From assembly GCA_033763315.1 (NCBI GenBank), contig JANRKS010000016.1, positions 223,408 through 287,407 on the forward strand: DNA of 64,000 bases, in the 5' to 3' direction. Positions 8,420 through 16,809 of the stretch are shown piece by piece. The DNA is from Deltaproteobacteria bacterium (GTDB lineage: Bacteria; Myxococcota_A; Polyangia; Fen-1088). The notes below the pieces were generated by a model that was not told the origin of the DNA, did not search any database, and saw nothing but the letters and a program-made list of their open reading frames with translations. Numbering within the stretch: the first letter of the stretch is position 1; each line of letters opens with the position of its first letter. A program made the position numbers and the translations under genes.

Positions 8420-10579
8420 GAGAGCGTCGGGCAAGGTGGCAGCAGCAGGCGCGGGATCCGGGGCTGCGGCGCGGCGCGAGGGAGACGTTGCGTTCATCGG
8501 CGCGGCGGCTGGCGCGGCAGCCGGCGTGGGTGCAGCGACAGGAGCCACATTGGCGACCGGCGCGGCGGGCGCAGCGGCCACGGGCGCCGATGGCGCAGGG
8601 GCTGCCGGCGATGGCGACGCCGCCGATGGCGCCGCGGGCACAGCGGCCACGGGCGCGGCGGCGGCGGGCGCGGACGTTTCAGTGTGTGGGGTGCGGCTGA
8701 GCACAATGGCCACCGCCACGGATCCCAGCGCCGCGCCGAGCAGCCCGGCCACAAACCACCCCAAGGCGAACGCCGGGCGGCCCTCCGCCTTCGAACGCCG
8801 CAATTCGGGGTCGGCGCCGTCGTTGATCTGGGGCACACCCATGCGCGGTGTGAATTGGCGCGGCAAAATCATCGTGCGTGTGGGCCCACCCGGCGGCCCC
8901 AACGGTAATTCTGCCGTGTCTTTCGGTTGCGCTTGCACCAGCGGCGCCGCGCCCTCGGTGTCGATGTCGGCGGCATCAAGCAGGATCAAGCGACGCCGCT
9001 CCGCGAACTGTTCGCTGCCGCTGTCACGAACCCAGGTGGACACTTGCCCCGACGTCGCAAACAGGCCATTGCCGGCCGCCGCCGTCTGCAGGGCCACACG
9101 CATTTCGTCGGCACTGCGAAAGCGCGTCTCCGGGTTGCGCGAAAGGGCTCGCAAACAAACATCGTCTAAGCACGCTGGCGCGCCAAATGAACTGGGGCGA
9201 TCGATCGGGCGCCGCAAAGTGTTCATCACGGTGGCCTCGAACGTTTCTTCGGCAAACAACGTTTTGCCGGTCAAAGCTGTCCACAGGACGATGCCCAGCG
9301 AGAACAGATCGGTGCGGCCGTCAATGCGCTGGCCCTGCATCTGCTCCGGCGCCATGAAGCCTGGCTTGCCCACCATGCCGCGTGCATCCAAAGACTGCAC
9401 GGCGCCGGCCGGCCTGACGCGGCCAAAGTCGGTGAGGCGCGCGCTGCCATCAACGCCAACCAAGATGTTGTCGGGCGATAAATCGCCGTGCACCAAGCGC
9501 AACGGGCGGCCGTCGTCGTCGATGAGATCGTGCAAATACTGAAGCCCCGAAAGCACATCGCACATGACCGAGACGATTGCGGCCGCCGGGGCCGGTCGGC
9601 CCGTGCCAAGCAGCTCCTGCAGGTTCAGACCCTCAACGTAGGGCATGATTAGATACGGCTGCTGTTCATAAAGCCCGGCATCAAGCACCCCGTTGAGTTG
9701 CGGGTGGGAAAGCTTGCCGCCAATGCGCGCCTCAGTCGCAAACGCGTGCTCGGCGTCGACGGTCTTATCCAGATGTTGACGTATCACCTTGAGCGCAAAC
9801 AAGCGCCGAAAACCGAAAGCGCCGGAGCGCGAACACAAATAGACAGAACCAACGCCACCTTTGGCCAAGCGCCCCACCACACGGTAAGGGCCCACGTGAA
9901 TGCGTTTCTCAAGCCCCGAGGGCGGTTCGGGCGGCGGAGCGTCCTCCACAGGAGGCTGGTTTTCCGGGTACACAAAGGAAACGTAGGGCGAGGCGCGGCG
10001 TGCCCGTGCAGCCGAAACCACTTCCATCTCGCCCGAGACGGAGCGCGGCCCGGGGGACGAGGGCGTCTCGGCGATGGGCGCCTCTGAAGGCGGGGGCGAT
10101 GCAACCTCCTCGGGCGGCACCGGCGCAGGCGCAGCGACAGCCGCCTCTGCGGCCGGCGCCTCAACCATCGGGCTCGGTGTCACCGCACGGGGGCGCGCTT
10201 CGGACGGGCCAGATCCCGCCACCTGGATGGGCGCGGGCATCGGCGAGGTGCTGCGCCCTTGGGCGCCCAAGCGGGCGCGGCGCTGCTCCAGCAGCTCGGT
10301 TAAATCCATGGTGGTGCTGCCCGCGGGCGCGCCGACGTTGCTGGGCAAAGGCTCTGCAATGCCACGATCCACCAAAGCCCGTAGGATGCGTGTGGTGGCA
10401 AAACCAGGCAAGCCGCTGGAGCTGAGGATTTCGTTCACGGTTCGCCTCCCATTGACCAGCGCGCAAACCCGCGATTCATCGGCATTCAGTGTGGAGCGCT
10501 CGGCAACATCGGCCCCGCGCAGTCGTAAAACGACGCTGCCGGGAAGGCGGTTCGATGTTGATTCGTTGGTGAGCTTCAT
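8405..10579 (-). CDS. Membrane-anchored Hanks-type Ser/Thr protein kinase
   Basis: LAKGGVGSVY, FALKVI, VHGDLSPDNILV, LTDFG, GKPGFMAPEQ, DLFSLG, P..RF.SA. C-terminal TM helix and Ala/Pro-rich tail; N-terminal winged-helix-like segment (LVNGRRTVNEI). Start at ATG 10579 (ORF track 10669). Confidence 0.92.
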   Translation of the reverse strand: MKLTNESTSNRLPGSVVLRLRGADVAERSTLNADESRVCALVNGRRTVNEILSSSGLPGFATTRILRALVDRGIAEPLPSNVGAPAGSTTMDLTELLEQRRARLGAQGRSTSPMPAPIQVAGSGPSEARPRAVTPSPMVEAPAAEAAVAAPAPVPPEEVASPPPSEAPIAETPSSPGPRSVSGEMEVVSAARARRASPYVSFVYPENQPPVEDAPPPEPPSGLEKRIHVGPYRVVGRLAKGGVGSVYLCSRSGAFGFRRLFALKVIRQHLDKTVDAEHAFATEARIGGKLSHPQLNGVLDAGLYEQQPYLIMPYVEGLNLQELLGTGRPAPAAAIVSVMCDVLSGLQYLHDLIDDDGRPLRLVHGDLSPDNILVGVDGSARLTDFGRVRPAGAVQSLDARGMVGKPGFMAPEQMQGQRIDGRTDLFSLGIVLWTALTGKTLFAEETFEATVMNTLRRPIDRPSSFGAPACLDDVCLRALSRNPETRFRSADEMRVALQTAAAGNGLFATSGQVSTWVRDSGSEQFAERRRLILLDAADIDTEGAAPLVQAQPKDTAELPLGPPGGPTRTMILPRQFTPRMGVPQINDGADPELRRSKAEGRPAFALGWFVAGLLGAALGSVAVAIVLSRTPHTETSAPAAAAPVAAVPAAPSAASPSPAAPAPSAPVAAAPAAPVANVAPVAAPTPAAAPAAAPMNATSPSRRAAAPDPAPAAATLPDALSNAP

Positions 10580-10711
10580 TGCGACACTGCGAGGGCCGGC
10601 GTCAAAATACCACGGCCTGAGGCACGTGGAATTATGTCGACTGACGCGCCGGGGCGCCGAAAGGGCCACCCACTATACAACACGTGAACCACGCGCGACC
10701 CGACCCGCAGG

Positions 10712-13291
10712 CTAAGGCCTTGACCGCTCTATGGTGAGGTAATGGCCGCGCGGGAATATGAAGCAGCTGCGATCGGCCTGCGCGCTCAGAGGGACCACAC
10801 CTTCCACCGCCCCGCTCGGACCGAGCGACTTAACAACAGCGCCAGCACCCGCATTGACACAAGCTTGGCCACGCACAGGTTCAGCCAGGTAAGGTAGCGC
10901 ATCGTTTTTCCCAGGCACAGCCTGCGCAACGTAGGAGACCAGCCAGCGGCGCGACTGTGCGAGCGGCAACCCATCCAAGCTGCTGAAGGCCACGGCCGCC
11001 TTCGCGGTGGTCAGCCGCAGTTCCACATCCCGCAGCGCGATCGTGCGGCCGCCAAGCCAGCCCGCGGCGGCTTGCGACAGCGGTGTGTCAACGGTGTGAA
11101 AGCCAGCCGCGAAGTCGCGCTTGAGCTCGCCCGTGTCGGACGTAATCTCGGACGCCCCGGGCGGGAGAAAATCTTTGTTGGGATCGTGGATGCGCTCGGG
11201 GCCCACCGCTTGGGCGCCGCGCTTGTCTTTGCCGGCAGGCTTGGGGCCCCCAGGCAATTCAATCGAGATGCGGCTTTGTTCGGTCAGTGTGCGCACAGCT
11301 GGGCACGCGGCATTGGTGCCGCCGTAAAGCTGATCCTTGGTCAGCGTCAGCGCGTAGCTGCGACGCGCTGGTTGCACGTGCCCTGCCCTAAACAGCAAAG
11401 CCGCCGCGGGCATCATGACCAGCAACGCAGGGTCCACGGCGCTGGCCCAGCGATCGCGGCGGTCGGGCGGATCGGCTGAGGTTTGTTGATAAGCGAAGTG
11501 CATGGCGGCGTTCCACCCCTGCAGCGAAGCCACAGCCGCAAAACGCAGGGGTACGGTGAAGCGATCGCGAATGAGCGGCCCATCGGCACCCCATTCGGAA
11601 ACGGCGAGGGGCAAGCCGCGCACGCGTGCGCCAGCGATCCAATCCAATAGGCCCGCGGCAAAGCGCGGGTTGCGAGATAACTCTTCTTCGTCGCCGTAGG
11701 CATGCACGTCGATGAGGTCACCGTGCAGGAGCGGCGGCAAAAACCAGAAGGCCGCTTGCCCCCAGGTGGGGCTGACAGCGATGAGCGACTTGCAGCCAAA
11801 ACCGCGCAAGTTCGCCACAGCACGGGAGAAGAAGCGGCCTTCAATGTCGGCCAACACTTGCTTGCCGTCGCCCGCCGCCCACGTGTCTTTGGCCCGCACA
11901 TGCGGCAGCGCCAAGCGCGTGCCAGCTTCGTTCACAACCTCTTCAAACAAACCCTCATGCAACGGATGGCCGCCGCCAGGATAGAGCATGGGGCCGAAGT
12001 GGCTGCCCAGATCCGCCTCATTGAGCACCTGCACAGCAAAGATGCCTGGATTGTCGGCGTAGCGCTTGCCCGTAAGCGTGCTCTTGCGATCTAGATATTG
12101 TTTTGCGAACTCGTGCATCAGCCGTTCAAGCGAGGGGTTCACAAACGCGAACGCGCGCGCTTGGTTCGCGTCCGTGATCTCAGCCACGCCGGCGGCTTTG
12201 TCGGCCCCCTTGAACAGGCGCCCCACGTGCAAATCGAGCCACACATAGATGCCTTCGTCGTTGAGGCATTTGACCCAGCGGTCGATCTTCGCCAAAGCCT
12301 CCGGCCGCAAGGAACGCGTAGAAGCGGGCGGCGCCGGAAACACATTGGGTTGCACCCAATCCGAATCGTGGTGATGCAAGCGCGCCAAGTTAAAACCGAG
12401 CGCGGCCAACCGCTTGGCCTGCGCACAGATGTTTTCATCCGACCCGCTGAACAACATGTAGCCCGTGAGATTGGTGCCCCACAACCGCAGCGGCTTTCCC
12501 GCACCATCAAGCAAGGCTTCACCGGCGGCCAAAATGCGCCCATGCACGCCGGCGGGGCGATCGTTGGCGTTGAGGAAGGAAACATCCACCGGAGCTTTTT
12601 CCCAAACGATCGTGTCGGCTTGCCACGCGCTTGAGTCGGTGGCGTAAGCAGCGTCGCGGGCGGGCACGGCTTTGCCGCCCTCGGGCAATTGCACAGTCAT
12701 GGTGAAACGGCTGCGCCCCACCGGCGTTTTGGGCCCCACAAAGAGGCAGCGAATGTGATCCTTGCCGCCGCCTTCAAAATACAAATCGGCCAGCGCGCGG
12801 CTGAATACCACTTGCAGGTTTTGGCCCTTGGCCGTTTGCCAGCGAAAACCTTTATTGCCGGGCAACAGCGTGGGTTCAGCATCGCCCAAGCTGCGTGTGA
12901 GAAAGAATTCGATGCCGCCACCCACGGCCTCGGCCACAGAACGCGCGGTGGTGACATCGTAATCAATTACGAGCCCCGTCTTTGTTGCGCTGGTGGTGCC
13001 CAAGATGGTGACGCCCAGGTCCGCCACGCCGATCGAAAACTTGGCCGCCGCTGGACCTGGAGGCAAAGCAGTGATCTTCACATCTTGCCAGCCCCAAGCA
13101 GGACCCCAAAACGCATAAGTGCTGCGCATGGCATCCGTGTATTGCGCCCGCGCCAACACGCCCCCGTCTTGCGCGGGTTGCACCGTCCACCCAGCGAAGG
13201 GCGCGACCGCTCCTGTAACTTCGCCGCCCCACAGTGGCGCGGCCGCAAGCAGCGCGGCCCCCACAACCAACCAAACCGTCCGTGTGCGCAT
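10712..13291 (-). CDS. Secreted clan GH-A glycoside hydrolase (GH5-like)
   Basis: Signal peptide; LRLWGTN, GFNLARLHH.D, GIYVWLDLH, acid/base VLNE, IDVHAY, nucleophile VSEWG. Confidence 0.75.
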   Translation of the reverse strand: MRTRTVWLVVGAALLAAAPLWGGEVTGAVAPFAGWTVQPAQDGGVLARAQYTDAMRSTYAFWGPAWGWQDVKITALPPGPAAAKFSIGVADLGVTILGTTSATKTGLVIDYDVTTARSVAEAVGGGIEFFLTRSLGDAEPTLLPGNKGFRWQTAKGQNLQVVFSRALADLYFEGGGKDHIRCLFVGPKTPVGRSRFTMTVQLPEGGKAVPARDAAYATDSSAWQADTIVWEKAPVDVSFLNANDRPAGVHGRILAAGEALLDGAGKPLRLWGTNLTGYMLFSGSDENICAQAKRLAALGFNLARLHHHDSDWVQPNVFPAPPASTRSLRPEALAKIDRWVKCLNDEGIYVWLDLHVGRLFKGADKAAGVAEITDANQARAFAFVNPSLERLMHEFAKQYLDRKSTLTGKRYADNPGIFAVQVLNEADLGSHFGPMLYPGGGHPLHEGLFEEVVNEAGTRLALPHVRAKDTWAAGDGKQVLADIEGRFFSRAVANLRGFGCKSLIAVSPTWGQAAFWFLPPLLHGDLIDVHAYGDEEELSRNPRFAAGLLDWIAGARVRGLPLAVSEWGADGPLIRDRFTVPLRFAAVASLQGWNAAMHFAYQQTSADPPDRRDRWASAVDPALLVMMPAAALLFRAGHVQPARRSYALTLTKDQLYGGTNAACPAVRTLTEQSRISIELPGGPKPAGKDKRGAQAVGPERIHDPNKDFLPPGASEITSDTGELKRDFAAGFHTVDTPLSQAAAGWLGGRTIALRDVELRLTTAKAAVAFSSLDGLPLAQSRRWLVSYVAQAVPGKNDALPYLAEPVRGQACVNAGAGAVVKSLGPSGAVEGVVPLSAQADRSCFIFPRGHYLTIERSRP

Positions 13292-13452
13292 GTTCAAGCT
13301 CCCGTGGGCTTCTTAGCGCGCCGCCGGTTTGGCGGCAGCCTGGCTGCTATGATAAAGACCGTGCGCCGCGTACGCCGGCACCAGGACATGAACGTGGCAA
13401 CGAACAACAACAGGGGCAGTGGGGGGCAGGGGATGGCACAAAGGGCGTTGCG

Positions 13453-14130
13453 ATGACGGCGGGCTATTACACAAGTTGCGCCCCAGGGGGATTGCACCGG
13501 GGTCTGCGCGCGCGGCTCACACGGCTGCAGGTGCAATGGGTGTTAAACAAACACGGCGTGCGCTTCCGGTTTGGCATCTTCGCCGATGCGGTGCCCCAGC
13601 TGCACTTTACGGATCTGCGGCGGCCCAACGTCGAGGTCAGCGATTTCGCCGGTAAGATCGTGCTCGGCGATGATTGCTGCTTGCTTTCTGCGGGCGTGTC
13701 GCCGTTTCCGGCGGGCCCCGTGCGGCTCACGGTTATCAAGTGGGGCGATGCCCCGGATGATTGTGGGCAAATCATTTGCAACTCGGGCTTGATTGGCACT
13801 TCGATCGTTTCAATGGCCAAAGTCACCATCGGCAGCCGCGTGCGGTTCGCGCCCCAGGTGGTCATCATGGATACGGACGGGCATGTGATCGATCCGGCCG
13901 ATCGGCACAATGACGCTGGTGTGCCACAAGCGCTGCCGATTGTGATCGAGGACGACGTGTGGGTGGGTTATGGCGCCACCATTTTAAAGGGCGTCACCTT
14001 GGGCCAGGGCGCCGTGGTGGGCGCGGGCTCCATCGTCACGAAGTCCGTCCCTCCCCACACCATCGTCGTGGGCAATCCCGCCAGGCCCGTGGGCTCGCGA
14101 CCCGTCAGCTTGACCAACATTGCGAGCTGA
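13453..14130 (+). CDS. Hexapeptide-repeat (LbH) O-acyltransferase
   Basis: IMDTDGH, PIVIEDDVWVGYGATILKGVTLGQGAVVGAGSIVTKSVPPHTIVVGNPAR. Start at ATG 13453. Confidence 0.88.
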   Translation: MTAGYYTSCAPGGLHRGLRARLTRLQVQWVLNKHGVRFRFGIFADAVPQLHFTDLRRPNVEVSDFAGKIVLGDDCCLLSAGVSPFPAGPVRLTVIKWGDAPDDCGQIICNSGLIGTSIVSMAKVTIGSRVRFAPQVVIMDTDGHVIDPADRHNDAGVPQALPIVIEDDVWVGYGATILKGVTLGQGAVVGAGSIVTKSVPPHTIVVGNPARPVGSRPVSLTNIAS

Positions 14131-14222
14131 GCCGTGCGAAACGCAGCCGTTGCATGCACCGCGTGCGCGTATGCAAACATTCCACGGTTTTTCTGGCGGC
14201 ATCGGCGGCCGCTCGGATAAAA

Positions 14223-15110
14223 ATGCCCAGGATGGAGTTTCCGAGCGTTTCCTTTTCTACTGACGAGGCGAACGCCGCTCAAGCGGACGCAGATAAGACC
14301 GACGCGGCGGTGCGCTTCTTTCGCGAGTGCGGTGCCGTGCGTTTGCTGAACGTGTTCACCGAGGGCTTTCGAGAGCGGCTTCGGCAACACTACATGGCCC
14401 AATACCGGCTGGAGATGGAGGCCACGCGCCAGGCGGACAAACGGCCGCTGTTCACCGTGCACGTGGAAGGCCCTGTGGCCGAAGAATCGTATCTGGCAAA
14501 CCCTTTGGTGGCGCCGATTGTTGAACGTCTGTTGGGCAAAGATTTCGTGCTGGGGGCGGTGAGCACGGTGATCTCTTTTCCCGGATCACCTCAACAATTT
14601 GTTCACCGCGATTCGCCGTCTTTGTGTGGCGACTACAGCGTCGACGCCACGCTGCCCCCTTACGCCCTCACAACGCTGATCCCGATGGTGGACGCGAACA
14701 CCGAAACGGGATCCACGCGGGTGTGGTTGGGCTCACACCGGCTGGCAAACGCGGACCAGCGCGAGACGTTGCCTTCGGATTCGCCCGACGTCCCATTCGG
14801 CTCCATGCTGATGACCGATTCACGCGTCTTGCATTGCGGCTCGCCCAACCAATCCCAGCGGGTGCGGCCTTTGCTTTACAACACGTACCATCGCAACTGG
14901 TTCCGTGATTTTTCTGGGTATGAGCGCCGGCAAGCGGTGAGCGTGAGCCGCAAAGTGCGGGCCCAGATGCCTCCGCATGTGGCGCAGCGGTTCCGCATTG
15001 CCGACGAGGCCAATGGCCAGCCCGAAGGGCCGCTGCCCTTGCCGGGGTTGCTCGCCAACGCTTTGCCGCCAGGCTTGCAAAAGCTTGTGGTCGGGAGGCG
15101 CAACGTATGA
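14223..15110 (+). CDS. Phytanoyl-CoA dioxygenase (PhyH) family Fe(II)/2-oxoglutarate oxygenase
   Basis: Q.VHRD (HxD), LIPMVD....GSTRVW.GSH, DSRVLHCG..N.S..VR (distal His and 2OG-binding Arg). Confidence 0.88.
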   Translation: MPRMEFPSVSFSTDEANAAQADADKTDAAVRFFRECGAVRLLNVFTEGFRERLRQHYMAQYRLEMEATRQADKRPLFTVHVEGPVAEESYLANPLVAPIVERLLGKDFVLGAVSTVISFPGSPQQFVHRDSPSLCGDYSVDATLPPYALTTLIPMVDANTETGSTRVWLGSHRLANADQRETLPSDSPDVPFGSMLMTDSRVLHCGSPNQSQRVRPLLYNTYHRNWFRDFSGYERRQAVSVSRKVRAQMPPHVAQRFRIADEANGQPEGPLPLPGLLANALPPGLQKLVVGRRNV

Positions 15111-15826
15111 GGGCCGTCGATTCTATTCGTGTGGCGCGAACCCTTGGCGAACACGGCGTGGCCGTGGCGGCGAACCTTTTTGCAGGCAAGATGGCGAGGC
15201 TCGCAAAACACGCTCAAACACAGGCGCCGGCGCTGTTGACGCCCGATCTCCTGGGCGACGACTTGTTGTCGAACGTGCCATTGATGGCGGTGGTCGACGG
15301 GGTGTTGGGGGTGGGAGCGATGGTCGCACGTGTGAACGTGGGTGCGGAGGCCGCGGCCTGCCTTGCCACCACGGCGGAACGGGCGCGCTTGTTTGAAGAT
15401 GACGCCGCCACGGCGGCGGTGCCCGTGTTCAGCGTGAGCGGCTTTGCGCCCCTGCAGGCGTGCACTGTGGTTGTCACCGCCCAGGGGCTGCAACAAGAGA
15501 TTGGCCTATCACCGGGCGACGCCTTGTTGATCGATTCCCGCTGTCACGCGCGCGTGACCGACGTGGCGGCCGCGGCGCTCTTCGTAACGTTCACGCGGCC
15601 GTGGTTCCGCGAGCCACAGGCCTCGCCACTGAATCCGCCGGTCCTGGTCTCATCGTTCGATTACCTGCGCCTGCCCCCCGCGCTGCAAGCCCGGCTGCAA
15701 TGGCGGTTCGATAGGTACCTCAAGCAACGTCCCCGCCTCATCGCGTATCGCGTGGCCGACAAGGTGCCGGCTGGGTTGGGCGCACCCGTAAAGCGTGCGC
15801 TGCGGGGCTGGGCCAGCAGCTATTGA
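15107..15826 (+). CDS. Degenerate PhyH-like paralogue lacking the iron-binding HxD motif
   Basis: Collinear similarity to the upstream gene: TLGEHGVAVAANLF/FFRECGAVRLLNVF, GDALLIDSR/GSMLMTDSR, FVTFTRPWFRE/YNTYHRNWFRD. ATGA-coupled to it. Confidence 0.65.
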   Translation: MRAVDSIRVARTLGEHGVAVAANLFAGKMARLAKHAQTQAPALLTPDLLGDDLLSNVPLMAVVDGVLGVGAMVARVNVGAEAAACLATTAERARLFEDDAATAAVPVFSVSGFAPLQACTVVVTAQGLQQEIGLSPGDALLIDSRCHARVTDVAAAALFVTFTRPWFREPQASPLNPPVLVSSFDYLRLPPALQARLQWRFDRYLKQRPRLIAYRVADKVPAGLGAPVKRALRGWASSY

Positions 15827-15879
15827 GCCGGCTCCGCGGGAATGTTTGACCCCTGCGGCGTCCCGTACCTCGGTGAGCC

Positions 15880-16701
15880 ATGTCGATTCTAGCTTTCATA
15901 AAACGCGCTCCAGCCCTTTGGTTGTTTGGCCTCGCATTGCCAGCGCAAGCGCTGTTGGTCTGGGCCGAGGCCACACAGCGTGCCCCGGCTTTGGCCGTGA
16001 AGGCGCGCATCTATATGCCGGCGGTGATTGCGTTGGCACTGACCGCGCTCGTTAAGGGCCGCAAGGGTTTACAAAAAACGTTCCGCTCCCTCGTAAATTT
16101 GCGCGTGAGGTGGCCGTGGTTTGTGGTGGCCTTGCTCTACGCCCCCGTGGTGGGGGTATTGCCGCTGCTCGCGTTTCGTGCGGCCGGCGCCATCGACCAC
16201 ATCGAATACGACACCAACCTGGTAGGCAGCACCGGCTGGTTGTTCTTCAAGTTCATCTTCACAATCTCGATTGTCGAGGAAATATCGTGGGTTGGTTTCG
16301 GCATTGAGCACTTAAAGCCGCGGTTTTCAGCGTTCGTCGCGGCGTTGCTGGGCGGCGCCGCGTGGGGGCTGTGGTACGTGCCACTGAACCTGGCGGGACT
16401 TCAGATGGCCGGCACGTTTCCGAACGTACCGCTCGTCATCAACTTCATGGCCATCGGCGCGTGTTGCAGCTGGGTCTACATTCACACGCAGAGCGCCCTG
16501 CTGGTGGCGCTGATGCAGGTGGTGACCAATTACACCAGCCTTGCCTTTCCCGTTTTGCCTAAGCCCGGCCACATGGGTGTTTACTATGGCTTCATTGCCA
16601 CCAAATTCGCCTTCGCGCTGGCGGTGTTCCTGTGGCGCGGTCCTTTGCCGCTTTGGAAACCACAAAGGCAGGCTCCCGAGGCCCGTCGGCAAGCGGCTTA
16701 A
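15880..16701 (+). CDS. CPBP (Abi/CAAX protease-like) intramembrane protein with degenerate catalytic motifs
   Basis: About 8 TM helices; EEISWVGF (EExxxR region), WGLWYVP (usually W..WH), LMQVVTN (usually HxxxN). Confidence 0.75.
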   Translation: MSILAFIKRAPALWLFGLALPAQALLVWAEATQRAPALAVKARIYMPAVIALALTALVKGRKGLQKTFRSLVNLRVRWPWFVVALLYAPVVGVLPLLAFRAAGAIDHIEYDTNLVGSTGWLFFKFIFTISIVEEISWVGFGIEHLKPRFSAFVAALLGGAAWGLWYVPLNLAGLQMAGTFPNVPLVINFMAIGACCSWVYIHTQSALLVALMQVVTNYTSLAFPVLPKPGHMGVYYGFIATKFAFALAVFLWRGPLPLWKPQRQAPEARRQAA

Positions 16702-16809
16702 ACATCCGTTAACAACGTGCCCGGTTTTTGCAGGAAAAGGTAAACAAATAAACATGCGCAGCCCCGCCCAGGGCTGGTAGTTTCGTGCGGCTCCCACGAA
16801 TGGATTATC

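Noticed and set aside
8325-9542. 405-aa plus-strand ORF
   Set aside because: Antisense shadow of the Ser/Thr kinase, which has all the catalytic motifs. Long shadow ORFs are expected at this GC content.
13433-13452. Sigma-54-like TGGCAC...TTGC upstream of the acyltransferase
   Set aside because: GG-to-GC spacing is longer than the strict -24/-12 requirement, and the motif abuts the start codon.
14223-15110. PhyH protein as a possible Fe/2OG halogenase
   Set aside because: It keeps the HxD carboxylate (HRD); halogenases have HxA or HxG.
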